Source: Felis catus (lineage: Eukaryota). Taken from it: 64,000 bases of DNA. Location of the stretch: assembly GCF_018350175.1 (NCBI RefSeq), contig NC_058375.1, forward strand, positions 22,878,001 through 22,942,000. The letters are read 5' to 3'. Below, piece after piece: positions 1 to 12,800 of this stretch. Both the position numbers and the translations under genes were made by a program. A model generated the notes under the pieces. That model was not told the origin of the DNA. It worked only from the letters and a program-made list of their open reading frames with translations, and did not search any database. Positions within the stretch are counted from its first letter, which is position 1, and each line of letters opens with the position of its first letter.

Positions 1-1389
1 GCCGAGCTGATGGTGTGGAGAAGACAGATTTCTGGCCAGGAAGAAGAGGCAGGCCGATGAGACCAAAACCCAGCTCAGGCTGAGTTCTAGCCCTGTATCT
101 GCCACTCGTTTGCTCTGCGACCTGGGAAAACCACTTCCCCTCTCTGGCCCCTCATTGCAAAGGCTTCTGGGATTTGGGGGATGCAAAGAAGTCCTCTGAG
201 TCCTATTTCCACCCCCTTCTCCAGCCAGGTGGCCCCAGGCTCTTCAGACCCACCGTTTCTGGGCGCTTCCTCTGGGCCCTGTCTGTACACAGGATCCTCA
301 CAGCCACCGAGAGAAGCAGCACCGTGATCACTCCCGTGTTACTGACGCGGGGACCGAGGCTCAGAGAGGTCAAGGGACTTGTCAGAGGTCCCAGGAAGAG
401 CCAGAGCTGGGGTTACCACCCAGGCCCCATCGGCCTCCTGATGCTACTGTTTTCTGCCTCTGTCTTCTCCTACTCTGCCAGCCTTCCGGAACATTCCCTG
501 CACCTGTGCTTGTTCTCCCTCCTTACAGAGCAGGTTCAGGAAGCCCCAGGACAGCCCAGAGGATGGAGGGCTCTCACCTCCTCCTCCCTGAACCCTCCTC
601 CTGCATGGACGTCCTCCAGTGTCACACCAGCTTTTCCAGCCACCAAGCCCCCCTTCCCCCGGCAAGTCAGGGGGAGCCTCCAGCCGGGCTTTTACAGGAA
701 TCGCTGACAAGACAGGTCTCCCTCCCCCTCTACTTGTGCAGTTAATGTTCGAACAGAAATGCAGAACTTTTCCAAGTGTCCGTATTACGTCCCGTCTGCT
801 GCACAAATCTCGCCCTGAGATCAGCTGGAGGCCGGCAGTGTCCCGTGTCCCTCCGGCTTCTGTCCTCTGTGGATCTGCTCGGTCGGTGGCTGTAGTTCTT
901 CCCAGTGAACCAAGAGGCCTGGGCGGGGGACAGAGCCCTGTGGTACATCACGGAGACTGACTTCTAGCGTGACCGGCTGTCCTCTGGCCATGGCCCTCCG
1001 TCTGCCCTCCCTGTGGTTTGCTGGCGTCTGCCTGTCCCTCCCTCTCTCTCCTTGTCATTGTCCCTTTACTGTCTCTCCTTCTCCCCCTCCTCCTTCTCTT
1101 ACCCTCCTAACTCCCTTGCCCCCTCCTCACCTCCCTCTCCTTCCCTCCTTCTTCCTCCACCTTTTCTCTTATGTCCACGATCAAGGTCACAGGCACAGAG
1201 GCTTTTCATCTGCCCACAAGGGGTCCTCGGCTGTGCCCTGGGCTATGTGAGGACGGTGTCCAGAGCCTGCGGGTCGGGCAGGGAGTGGGGGCGTGCTGCT
1301 GTGTGAACAGGGCGTCAGAGCAGCCTCGCCATTTACTGAGCACCTGCTGCATGAGTGACAGGCAGTCAACAGCTGCGAGGGACCGACCT

Positions 1390-1590
1390 GGAGTCTAGAC
1401 CCGGGCTTGCTTCTCAGACCCCCTCTGCTGTGTGACCCGGGACAAGTCACTTACCCTCTCTGGTGCCTGCATCCTCACCCATAAAACGGGTAAATGTCGC
1501 GGCGCTGCTGTGAAGATTAAATGAGTCGGTGCATGTAAGCCGCTCGACTGCGGAAAGCGTGCGGGCCTTCCTAGCTGGCATTATCATCTG
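1390..1590 (+). mobile_element. MIR SINE fragment
   Basis: MIR core-like tgtgtgacccgggacaagtcacttaccctctctg...gaagattaaatgag. Confidence 0.75.
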
Positions 1591-1859
1591 TGGGCCCTGG
1601 GCCTGTGCTAGAAGTTTCATTAAATCGCTTCTTTTCACCGTGTAGTTTTCCATACGTACAACACAATCTGTATCACACATCTGGGCCGTCTACCTATCCT
1701 TCTATCTGTATATGTCATAAACCGTCCGTGCGAGCAAACATCAGGGAGTCACGGCTTGAGTTTGGAAACATGACCAAGAACAGGGGCACCGCCGGGTCCC
1801 CTCACCCCACTACAGGTAGTCACTGCCCACCATTTTGTGGTTTTTTGTTTTAATGTTTT

Positions 1860-2570
1860 TGGCGGAACATATAAACTACTTTTATGACTTTGGGCAGAAG
1901 AGGACGTATTTCCCGAAATACAAACAGCGCCAACCATAAAGAAACGATTGGTAAACTTGATCGATTTAAATAAGGAGTTTCTGTTCATCCAATGTCACTA
2001 TAAATATGGACAGACACGCCGCATGTGGACCCGGACATTATAACATGCAAGCAATATATGATTCTATTCTAAATATATATAGACTTCCTAAAAAGACTAG
2101 GAAACCAATAAAAAAAAAACAATAGAAAATTAAGTAAAAGACATACACAGGTATTTCAAGAAGAAAGCTGAATGGCTAGTGATCATTTGAAACTGTGTGC
2201 AATCTGATTAGTAACCAGAGAAATGCTCGTTCTAGAACGCTGAGAATCCCCATCTTACACCTGCTAGGTGGGCAGAAGCGAGGTCGCCGTCTGGATGGGG
2301 AACAACGGCCCCTCTCCCACACGTCTGCTGGGAGCGGAAATGATACAGGCGCTCTGCAAGTCAACGCGGCCACGTCTTGTAAAGTCAAACACGCACACAC
2401 CTTCTACTGCAGCAGCTCTAATTGGAGAAAGGGCCCCAGAGAATGTCCTGTACGTGTGCGTTGGAGCCTTGTACGAGAACGTTCACAGCGGCTTCGTTTG
2501 CAATAACAGAAACCTAGAAACGATCCGATCGGTATTTCTGAGTAAGCGGATGAATCCCTTGAGTCCCTTC
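1860..2570 (+). mobile_element. Old L1 (L1ME-like) ORF2 C-terminal/3' UTR fragment
   Basis: A-rich tract with L1 3'-end-like segments (aaagacatacacaggtatttc; gctctaattggagaaagggccccagagaatgtcc; aacagaaacctagaaac). Confidence 0.7.
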
Positions 2571-5500
2571 TGACTCCAGGCTAGAAGTGTCAGGACTCAT
2601 TACTAATCCTCCTGACCAGTGGCACCAGGCAATGGACGGGACCACCCCCCCCGTGAACGCGATCACTCACAGCAGACCCAGGCGGCCCCTCCCTCCCTAA
2701 GTTGTTCAGTCTGAGCCTCAGCAACCCCCAGCTCCTGGGCCAACAGGACCCGCGTGGCTGGGATCAAGTTTCAAGGACCCCAGGAGGGAGCAGGGTCGCC
2801 CCAACAGCATCTCCACCCCACAGGCCCTATCTCCCTGTTCCCAGGGCCAGGGGCCACCAGGGTGACCCTCCTCATCTCAAAGACTCATGGGACCTCCGGA
2901 GAGCCTCCTCCCCAGCCCCCATGTGCACAGGGGCACAGTAAAGCCAACAAGTGGGCTGGAAGGAAGGTCACAGTTTTCTGAGTTTCAGTCCCATAGCCGT
3001 GCCAGCGCCCCAGGCCACCCCTCCAGGACCCCCAACGGGAATTTGTCCCCCCACACACACACATTCCCCACCAGACGGAGTTACGGCAACGGATGGGCCC
3101 CTCCCACCCACCCCCCACCCCCCACCCATCTTCCTCTCCCCCTCTCTCATCAGTGGCTGGAGCCGCCCCACCAACCTCCAGCCAATGTCAGGAAGCCCTT
3201 GGTAACAGCCGTTGAAGTTCCTTCTCTTTGGGGGACCACCACGTTCCTCCACATGCACCTCCAGAGGGCTTTTCGGCTTCCGTGTTTCTTGCAACACCCG
3301 GTAAAGGAGGCAGAGCCTCCCGAGCTGGGGGCACGAGAGGGGCTTCTAAATGAGTCCTTAGATGGTGGCCAGGGTAGGATCAGGGAGCAAGTCTCCCCTC
3401 CAGGCTGGCTCTGGGGGAGGCTCCATCCCAATCACTCCGGGACGAGCTGCCCTGCCTCCAGGCACCAGGTCTCAAGTCCTGACCCCCTCCCTTTCACACC
3501 GGGCCTCCCCAGGCAAGATCCCCAATCGCTCATCTTACCCTCGGCTCTGCTGGGCTTGATCCCGGAGACAGCCCTGCCTGCACTCGCCCACCCAGACCTC
3601 CACTCAGACCAAGAGTCATACCTGAGGGAGAGCGATGGCTTGGGTGCCACCGGGGGACAGATCACCCCACAGTCCTCTGTCAGGGAGGACCCCCAGCAGG
3701 GTCCCCAGACCTTCCCAGATGCCCTCCCTTCCTCAGGCAGTGGGCTTTATCCTGACACCTCTGAAGGGCTCAGGCTTTGGTCGCAGGTGGACGGGCCTCA
3801 CCAGCTGCGACCTTAGACAAATCAGCCACCCGCTCTGGGCCTGGGTTCCCATCGGCAGGATGGGGATGACCCTGATCGGATCGGATGAGACCGTGGTTAA
3901 GTGCCTTGGCGTGGTGCCAGGCATGCTGAAAGGGTTCCCTTTACAAACACGCAGCAGAAACAGATACGCCCCAGCTGGGACGAGCCAGGGGCCCCAGCTC
4001 AGCCCATTCCCCACCCCCGGCTTCCTGGGGGAGGGTGCAGCGAGGAGGCGCGGCTCTGTCACAGCTTCCTGCTTCTGAGCATCGGTGTCCGTGCACGAAA
4101 TCGGTTTGGTGAGGATCTTCCAATTCTATGATGGGCTGATTATATTCACCCAGAGGCTGACTCTCTGTGCCTCAGTTTCCCCCCTGGCCAGAGGCTACGA
4201 CAGTTCTAAACTATCTCATGAGCCCCTACCACTTAACGGGAATTGAGAATTGATTCAACACGGCGTGAACCCACCAGCCAGGCCACAGGCTGACCCGTTC
4301 CCCCATCCGGCTGACTCAGCCTTCCTTGTCGGTTCAGGGGCCCGGCCCGCGTGCGGAGGGCCGGGTGCAGTTCCGTCCCCCTGCAAGAAACCACTGAGTG
4401 TGCAGGCCGTCCGGGCAGTGCTGGGTGGATCCTGGGCCTGTGTCCTCCCCACAGGTAGGGGGATGGGGGCCATGACCTAGACCTTCCATGGGTCAGGAGA
4501 ACTGAGTGGAGATAGGAACAGGGTAAGAGCTGCCTAGTGCTAAGAGTCTGTTCGTTCAGCACTTACCCCACTGAGTCCACAAGCACAGCCGTCTTTCCTG
4601 TTCGGATGGCGCTGAGGAGGGTCAGGTCTGTGCCCGGGGCCCGGGGGATGCCTGTGTGCTAGTCAGTGCCTGGTGCTGGTACCTGCCGGTCACAGAGTGG
4701 GGCGCTCCCTGCACACGCGCACCCGGGCACATCCTTGCACCTGTCTAGCCGGGCTGCCCCGTCGGGAATGTGTTTCCAGGTGGGGGGCCTCGCTGGGAAG
4801 CCAGCGGGATGGGGCAGCTGAGGACGACGGAGCCTCTACCAGAGCAGGTGCATTGGCATTGCAGAGTGATGCTCTCGGTCCCCCTCCCCGCCCCCCCGCG
4901 GGAGCTGGTGACACAGAGGGGGAAACAGAGCCTCAGAGAGGGTGAGCAGTTTGTCTCCGTCCCCCAGCCAGAGGTAGCAGAGCTAGGATTCAAATCCAGG
5001 TCTACTCCAGAGCCTACACCGCCTACCACGGCACGGCGCCACCTGACCTCAGGGCCACCCGGATGGCCCCTGTGACATCACCCGCCTCGTACATGGTGAG
5101 TCTTGCCAGCCCCCTTGCAGCACATCCATCCACGGCGTCCCCTGGGGTGGGAAGTATCATCTCCATTTGATAGACAGGGGACGGAGTCTCAGAGAGGTGA
5201 GGGGACTCGCCCGAAGTCATCAGCTGCTTGTGAAGGGCGGAGCTGGGATGTGGACCCGGTGCCACCAGGCTGGGGTGATGGGGGCTCATCCTCAGCTCTC
5301 CCTGCCTCTCCCTGCCCTGTCGACCCCCAGCCCCTCCCACGGACGCCATCACTTCCCATCGGCCCCACAGTCCTGGTCCGTCCCCCCTCTCTGAGCCAGG
5401 CTCTGGGAGAGTGTCTGCAAAGCGTCAGCCCCAAGTGCTGCCCCCTCCCCGGAAACTTGCATCCTCTGGGAGGAGGGAGACCCGTGGCATGATCAGCGTT

Positions 5501-5961
5501 ACCTCTGCCAGGGAGGGGGGGCCCTTCAGATTTCAGATGACAGGTTCTTAGAGGGAGAGCAAACGCTTCGGAAGGCAGAGGCAGGGTAGGAAGAAAATCC
5601 CCACAGGCTGGAGCCACAGAGCGAGGCTCACAGGATGGGATTTCATATGTAAATGTGAGTTTAGCATGCAGCGCAAATCTAAGCTGAGCTGAGCAAAATA
5701 AATCAGCCGTCAGGTACAGAGGCGAGAGACAGGCCTGACACGAGAGCTGACAGGCAGCTCAGGATGAGCCCACGAGGTGACGCGGCTCTCCTGTCACCTG
5801 TCCCTTCCCTCCCCGCACCCCGTGTCGGTCCATTCCCAACCAAGGCCCCGCTGATGAGACAGAGAGGCCCCAGACCCGGCCAGCTTAATAAAACAACAAC
5901 GATAATATTGGCAACCATGGAAATAATGTTATCAATAGATAAAATTACCTTTGCCTCTGAA

Positions 5962-6170
5962 CGTTTATTACTGGATGCGTACTCGGCACTATGTACTCAC
6001 ATAATCCCTGTCTTCACAACAAGCTTGCAAGGTTGGTATGATAAACATCATTTTATACAAGAGGAGGTTGCAGCTTAAAAAAGCTAAATAATACGGAACC
6101 AGTGAGTGGCAGAGCTGAGACTTGAACTTCAGCCTATCCGACTCCGCAGCAAACACTCTCCTGTGCACAT
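5962..6170 (-). mobile_element. MIR SINE
   Basis: Antisense MIR body (catcattttatacaagaggaggttgcagc; gtggcagagctgagacttgaac). Confidence 0.7.
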
Positions 6171-6366
6171 CTTGCTGTCTTTTAGGCCATATTAGCAGAG
6201 GTATGGAGTCTAGCAAAAGGGAGGTGAAAGTCCTATTCAACTGGGAGGTGCAGACTCCTCTGTCATTCTGAGGAACAAGCGTAGAAGGTCATGGATAAGC
6301 TTGTGGAAAAGCAGAGAGCCCTGCCTGAGAAGAGCCTGTGAACGAGGTCCCATGGATTAATTAATC

Positions 6367-7020
6367 CGTACATTCATTTAACAGTTTTGTTAGAATTCTG
6401 TCAGGTTCTAGGCTCCCTTCTAGGCCCTGGAGATAGAGAACTGAAGAAGGTTGACAACATCCTTGCTCTCCTGGGACTCTCACTCGAGTAGCGAAGACAG
6501 ATGAGAAACAAATAAATCAGGAGGTGGTAAGTTCTATGAGGAAAAGCGGTGACTACGAAGGGACTAGGGGTGAGACGTCCCAGGGAGCTGCGGAAGTAAA
6601 GGTCCTGCGGTAGGAATAAGCGTGATGTGCGCTAGGAACCAGCAGGGAGGCCAGTGAAGCTGAGCACAGTGGGTAATGGGGAGAGAGGCGGGACGGGGGC
6701 AAGACATGAAGAGTTAGCAGGAGGAAGAGATCATGTAGGGTCTATAGGTCACGGCAGACTTTGGGTTTTCATTTTAATGTTGAGGGGATCCACTGCACGG
6801 TTTTGACTATGAGACTGACATCCTGTGTGTGGCTTCTGGGTGGAGGAGAGGGACAGCGGCAGGGGATTGGCGGGGGGGTAAGAGTGGAATCAGGAGACCC
6901 GGGAGGAGGGATCGCACAAGTCCAGATGGACCCGGGGGCAGCCGGAGGACAGTCTGGAGAGGTGGCCGCTCGCTGAGGGATTATTGAAGGGATCCAGTGC
7001 TTAGCCTCTAAAAGAAGAGG
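6367..7020 (-). mobile_element. L2 LINE 3' fragment
   Basis: Begins with antisense L2 tail cattcatttaacag...taggccctggagatag, followed by the purine-rich L2 body. Confidence 0.65.
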
Positions 7021-7294
7021 CGAGAGTGAGCATGAATGCTGCCCTCGCATATCAGAAAAGATGTGGCACGGACTAGAGGTCAGATTCCTTCCGCGTGGCA
7101 CCAAAGATCGGATCCAGGACCAATGGGTGAGGCCACGGAAGGCTGATTTTCCTTTGGTAAGGGCTGCTGCCTCAAGGCGGAGCCTCCTGGTGGAGACAGG
7201 GACCTCTCTACCGCAGCAGGTGCACAGCAGAGGTCAGCTCTCAGAGTCCCGACGTGCAACGGACAGAGATTAGCCTTTGTGATCAGATTGAGCT

Positions 7295-7490
7295 GGACCT
7301 GAATTCCACCCCCACCTCCCACCCCGCTTAGTATCTGTGTCTCCTTGGGCCACTTCGTTTTCCTGAGCTTGGCTTCCTCACCTCTAAATGCCTACCTAAT
7401 CGCATTATGGTGAGAGGTTAGTGCAACCAGGTACATAAAGCACTCAGCGCTGTGCCTGCTACGAAGGAGGGGCTCGATAAACGTCAGTGA
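7295..7490 (+). mobile_element. MIR SINE fragment
   Basis: ttgggccacttcgttttcctgagcttggcttcctcacctctaaa...ctcgataaacgtca. Confidence 0.6.
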
Positions 7491-7622
7491 TGACGATGGT
7501 GGCGGCGGCGGTGGCCGTGATAACGGGGATATAGGGCTGGTGGTGATGGTGTCGATACCGATGATGACAATAGTGATGAGGGTGATGGGGATGATGAGGA
7601 TGGTGATAAAGACGTCATCAGT
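7488..7622. repeat. Degenerate (GAT/GGT)n low-complexity tract
   Basis: gatgacgatggtggc...gatgatgaggatggtgataaag. Confidence 0.8.
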
Positions 7623-8424
7623 GGCTGTTGAAGAAGGAATTCAAGCATCACGGAAAGGAATGGGCTAGAAGACCACTAAGGTATTTTCCAGTTCCAAAAT
7701 CTGATGAGAAAACGCCGTCTAAGGTGGCTCATCGCTGTCAGGCAGAGCTCATTCTGTCTCTTGACGTCGTCCGTCCCTTTATTGACTTCCACCCTGGGAA
7801 GTCATTAGCCCAGAAGGAGCGGTAGCAGCACCCCCAGGTTTAGCTCCTGGACTGGCGAGCCCTGACCCAATCCGTGCTCAACCCTGCACCTCCCACACCC
7901 TAGGCAGCTCCGGAAACCAGTGGGGGGCTGGGTTGCTGAATAAGTGGAGGTATGGGGTGCGGGGGGAGGGGCAAAGATGGTCACCTCTGTGGACACTTCC
8001 CACTCTCCCACATATGACAGTCATCCAGCTCAGGTTATGGTCAGAGAGCCTGGGAGTCATGAGAAACCTTAGATTCTCGGGGGCAGCCATCCCCTCCCAT
8101 TAACAGATGAGACACAGTCCAGAAAGGGAGAATGACTTTCGTAAAGTTATGAGCAACGTCCGTGTCCCCCGACTGCTGGGTGAACTCTCTACCTCGCTAT
8201 ACCTGACCTATTGACTTTATGTTCTTGGAAGAAATCAACACCAACCCTCTCGGCCCCGTTGTCCTGACAACTTCTCTCTACTTCTCTCTCTGCTTTAGTT
8301 CATCTTAGCCCAGGCCCACTGTCTTTTACTCCGGTAGAAGTAGCTATTTCCTTGCCAATTTCCTTGAGATTTCTGTGGGTTTGCCAGTTTTGCCATCCTT
8401 GACTGTCCCCCGGTGTATCTTTTA

Positions 8425-8913
8425 GGAATTGCATTTCAGCTGCTAGAAACAGATCCGAACAGTAGTGGCTTAAACAAATTGAAGATTACAATTATTTTTT
8501 TTTTCTCTCATTTAAGAGAATTTTGGATATAGACGTTCCCACGACTCCACATACTTTGTCAATGTCCCAGTCTCCTTGGTTTTTGCTTTGCCTTCCACGG
8601 TGCATGAGCTCATCCTAAAGATCGCCTATTGGTTGTGTGACAGCTGCTGGATCCCCAGAAATTACTGCAGCATTCCAGGCAGAAAGGAAATGAAAGGAAA
8701 GGAGCCAAGAGGGTTTTGCTCAGTGATCAGCTCCCGTTAGAAAGCTTTTCTAGGGGCGCCTGGGTGGCTCAGTCAATTAAGCTTCCGACTTCAGCTCAGG
8801 TCACGATCTCGCAGTTCATGGGTTCGAGCCCCTCGATGGGCTCTGTGCTGACAGCTGGGAGCCTGGAGCCTGCTTTGGATTCTGTGTCTCCCTCTCTCTC
8901 TGTTCCTCCCCTG

Positions 8914-8945
<32 letters not shown>

Positions 8946-9140
8946 AATAAATAATAAACACTGAAAAAAAATTTTAAAGAAAGCTTTTCTGGAAGCCACA
9001 CTTAACAATTCTATCCACATTCCACTGGCCATCCTATCTGAAAGGAAAGGAGTGAGAACTAGTAGCTTTTAAGCAGCACACCCATCCACCCCCAACAGGA
9101 TTGTTATTCTTGCTACTAAAGAAGAGGAGACAGGGTTCTG
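8425..9140 (-). mobile_element. MLT1-type (MaLR) LTR fragment interrupted by a Can-SINE
   Basis: ttgcatttcagctgctagaaacag...gtggcttaaacaaa start; resumes after the SINE with ctggaagccacacttaacaattctatccacattccactggcca. Confidence 0.55.
8753..8977 (+). mobile_element. Can-SINE (feliform SINEC_Fc type), full length
   Basis: ggggcgcctgggtggctcagtc head, B-box gggttcgagcc, (CT)n, A-tail; 13-bp TSD agaaagcttttct at 8739-8751 and 8978-8990. Confidence 0.97.
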
Positions 9141-9329
9141 AGTGACAACCTGCCGCCGGGACCCCACCCAGCAACAGAAGATTTGAATAAGGACCTAGAG
9201 ACTCCAAGATCAGAGCTCTGGCCCCAGAGCTGAACCCAGGAATTCTCCTCGTGGGAAGGGGGGTGAAGAGATCCATTCATACCCTGCTCCATTTCAAAAC
9301 AAATTAAAAGTCATATTTTAGCAATAGGT

Positions 9330-10085
9330 GCTTACAGCAGAAAAATTTTAACCATTAAAAAAAAAAAAGAAAAATCCTTTATAACCCCCCATGCAGAGCT
9401 AACATCTGTTGGTATTTATGCATCTATCCTTCCGGGTTTTATGTTTCCTATGCTCATATTCGCAAAATTACTTGATGTCCAGTTTTATATGCTACTTTTA
9501 TTTCCTGCCTTTATGTTTATAAGCACCTTCCCATCATGTGTTACATTTGAAGGTCTCATTTTTTTTTGATGCTTATTTACTTTGAGACGGAGAGAGTGGG
9601 AGAGAAAGAACGAGAGAGCGAATGGGGATGGGTAGAGAGAAAGAAGGAGAGAGGGAGAGAATCTCAAGTAGGTTCTGCACTGAACCGTGTGATCATGACC
9701 TGAGCTGAAATCAAGAGTCAGAGGCTTAACTGACTGAGCCACCCAGGTAGGTGTCCCTGGAGGTCTCAATCTTAACGGCCACACAACAGTGCAGCGTGTT
9801 AGGACTGTCCCATCCCTGGTGCGACTCCTCCGCCACCGTGAGGCAGTTAGATGACCCCCATCGAAATCTGGCTGTGATGAACGGTGCTGGGTGACTAACC
9901 CCACACGTAGAGCTTTGTCTCCGTCTCTGATCACGTCCTTATAGCAGGTTTCCCATCTCGCCAGATCAAAAGGTACAGACATTTTTAAGACTTTCGACAG
10001 ATGTCGTGAAACAGACATCCTGGAAAGCTGGCCTGGGTGCCACTCGGGAGCGCCCTCGAATGGGTCCCCGGTGCTGCCCACGCAC
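9330..10085 (-). mobile_element. Old L1 (L1ME-like) 3' fragment split by a SINE
   Basis: Antisense L1 3' UTR-like segments (agctaacatctgttggtattt; ccagatcaaaaggtacagacatttttaagac). Confidence 0.6.
9559..9757 (-). mobile_element. Can-SINE, older subfamily, internal deletion around the B-box
   Basis: Antisense head ttaactgactgagccacccagg...tgtccc, (GA)n and poly-T; TSD g(a/g)aggtctca at 9549-9558 and 9759-9768. Confidence 0.92.
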
Positions 10086-10134
10086 CTCTCCCTGACTCCC
10101 GCCTCAGCCTCCTTTCCCCCGTCTCCTTCAGAAG

Positions 10135-10315
10135 ACAATGGAAAAGTTCATATTCTGAAATATCTAATCAGGTGTTTATCTCCAAGTGCTTTAAAAAGTC
10201 AACATAATTACTCCAGTCCCATTAAGTTTAATTTGCTGTAAATTATGTATTTAGCGTGAAGTTGGGGCTGCTTTGCTGGTGGCGGTGGCGCTAGGCTTTG
10301 GCTGTTGACAGCGGG
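10135..10315. promoter_or_regulatory. Candidate enhancer / conserved noncoding element
   Basis: AT-rich non-repeat island with TAATCA, TGTTTAT, CAAGTG, TAATTA, TGACAG; conservation not tested. Confidence 0.4.
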
Positions 10316-12765
10316 AGCGGCGATGCCGGCAAGGGCCGGGTAGGCGGCCTGGGCTCCGTTCTCAGAAAGCGTCATTCCGGGTGGGGGACCCTCAGCGCAT
10401 CAGAGGTCCAGAATTGCCCCCCGTGTCCCGGCCGGGTGTCCCAGGGTGGGGTGGGAGAGGGAGAGAGGAGGGCAGCGGCTGCCTCGTTCACCGGATACAC
10501 TGTGATTCTGATCCTGGGGTGTCTGTGGAGCCGAAAGGCTCCCGTGTGGCTCCTGTGCAGGTGGGCTTGTACAGGGGGGCCGTGCAGAGGGGCTTGGGGT
10601 ACAAGTCACACCAGGTCCAATCCCTGAGGCAGGGACAAGGATTTTGGTTCTCCCAAAAGCCAAGAGGAGCTGTTGAAGGGATTCAGGCAGGAGTTATCTG
10701 CTGGACAGTCCTTTACCTGCCCCGGGGGCGATGGCACGGAGGGGCAGGAAGGATAGCAGCAAAACGACAGGAGGGGGCTGACATAGACCCCCCCCCCAAG
10801 TGAGGGATGACGGCCGTGGCAGCAGCTCTGGATACCCCACCGTGTGTCCCCTGGGCCAGCTCCCAGTTCACTTGCACCTGTGGTGGGTGGTCCCAGAGCA
10901 TTGCCCACTGCCCCCTCAGTCCCTATTTCCAGTGCCCTGGGGGCTTAACCAACCATGGGCAGGGCAACCCGGAAGTGCCAGGGATTCATACCCCAGGGGC
11001 CCCTCTCAACCAGTGAGGTATGGGAGGGATTGGAAACATAGATAAATACCCAGCTTCCCTCTGAGGGGCAGGTCCGAGGCACGTTCTGCACACTTTCTCG
11101 GAGGGTCCCAAGCAAGACTGAACCTACAATGTGATCTGCGCTCTGATTCAGCCTTTGGGGTTTTTCTCCCTCTTGACCCGTGTCCCCTCCTCACGTGACT
11201 TTTGGGATCAGCAGCCACATAAGCCACTTGCACTTAACGGAGGGACCCAAACTCAGACGGCGCTGGATCACTCCAGAGCAGCAGCAGCTGGATGGGTAGA
11301 GTGGAGTGTTGGAGAGATACTCAGGACGGGAGGGCAGGGCAGTGATGGGCAGAATGCAGGGGGAGGAAGAGGGAGAGGTCAGCATGAGCGAGATTGATGA
11401 ACAAGTGAATGGAGATCCTTTCCCTCGCGCGCGCATGTGTGTGTGTGTGTGTGTATGTATTCATGCAAAAAATTTGCATACAATACATCCATCTAACCAA
11501 CACCTCACTCCATTACCCCAATAAACCTCTGTGCTCGGTCAGGGTCAATGCCCCAGCTTCTGTCTGCCATGTAGATCAATTTTGCAAGCCCTGGAATTTC
11601 ACATGAATGGAATCCCAATCTGGGCGTCCTGAGTCTTTTGCTAAAAAAAAAAAAAAAAAGTTTTTGAGATTAATCTATGTGCGTATTTATTAGCAGTTTA
11701 TTCTTGTTTATTGCTCAGTGTTTGTCCAGTATACCACAGTTTGTTTATCCATTAACCTGTTGATGGACAATTGAGTTAAATCCACTCGGGGGCTATGATG
11801 AATAAAGTTGCTATTAAAATACACAGTCTATCTATAGACCAGTTTTCATTACTTTCTGGTACTTAAAAGTGGAATTCCTAGGTCATAGAGTGGGTGGATA
11901 TTTTACATGATAACAAACTGACAAGTTGTTTTCCAGAATGACCTTATTATTCTGCCATCCTCCAGAAATGTATACAGTTTCCATTCATTCCACATTCCTT
12001 ACCAATACTTGGTATTCTCAGTCTGTTTAATTTTACTGATAATTCAGATCCCTGGCAACTAAAACTGTTGAGCAGTTTTTTTCAGGTATACTTTGGCCAT
12101 TTGCATCTCTTAATGAAGTGTATGTTTAAGTCTTTTGCCCATTTTTTTTTGGAGTTTTTCTTTTCACGATTAGTTTGTAGGAGTTCTTTATATATGCTGA
12201 GTATAAGTCCTTTGTCAGGCATGTGTATTGTGATTATTTTTCCTAATCTGTGGTTTTCATTTCCTTATCATGAATGATATCTTTTGAAGAATAAAAGGTT
12301 CTTAAACTGAACTCCAATTTATCATTTTTAATGGCTATTATAGACAGTGCTTTTGTGTGTGTGTGTCTTAAGAATCTTGATCTACCTCCAAGATCGCAAA
12401 GATGTTCTCCTAAGATTTTTCTCTTGTCTTGTTTTTTAGTTTTCATATTTACATCAGTTTCATCTCAAATTCATTTCTATATAGGGTATGAGGTAGGAGT
12501 CTAGGTTCATAATTTTTCCATAGGGATAGAGATGTTATACCACCATCTGTTGAAAAGACGGTCCTTTCTCTCACTGAAATATCTCTCAGTCTTTGACAAC
12601 ATATATATGTATGGCTTTATCTTGGGTCTCTATTATGAATCCATCTGTCTGTTCTTGCTTTGTCTTGATTATTGTAGCTTCATAGAAATCAGTTTTATTG
12701 CATTTGTGTATAGTTTTAGAAACAGTTCATTTATTTCTACAAAAACAGTGTTGTGTGTGTGCGTG

Positions 12766-12800
<35 letters not shown>

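Noticed and set aside
2887-3816. 309-aa Pro/Leu-rich ORF
   Set aside because: No recognisable domain, overlaps C-rich tracts and a MIR; long chance ORFs are expected in GC-rich DNA.
4309-4321. Palindromic MARE/AP-1-like word ggctgactcagcc
   Set aside because: Single isolated motif with non-consensus outer bases and no supporting cluster; plausible by chance in 64 kb.
8753-8830. tRNA-like A/B boxes
   Set aside because: They are the tRNA-derived heads of Can-SINEs, not tRNA genes.
11463-11479. Inverted octamer-like pair atgcaaa-aaa-tttgcat
   Set aside because: Sits between a (TG)n tract and an L1 end; octamers also occur in L1 (61894) and MLT1 (53580) here, so it is not distinguishable from chance.
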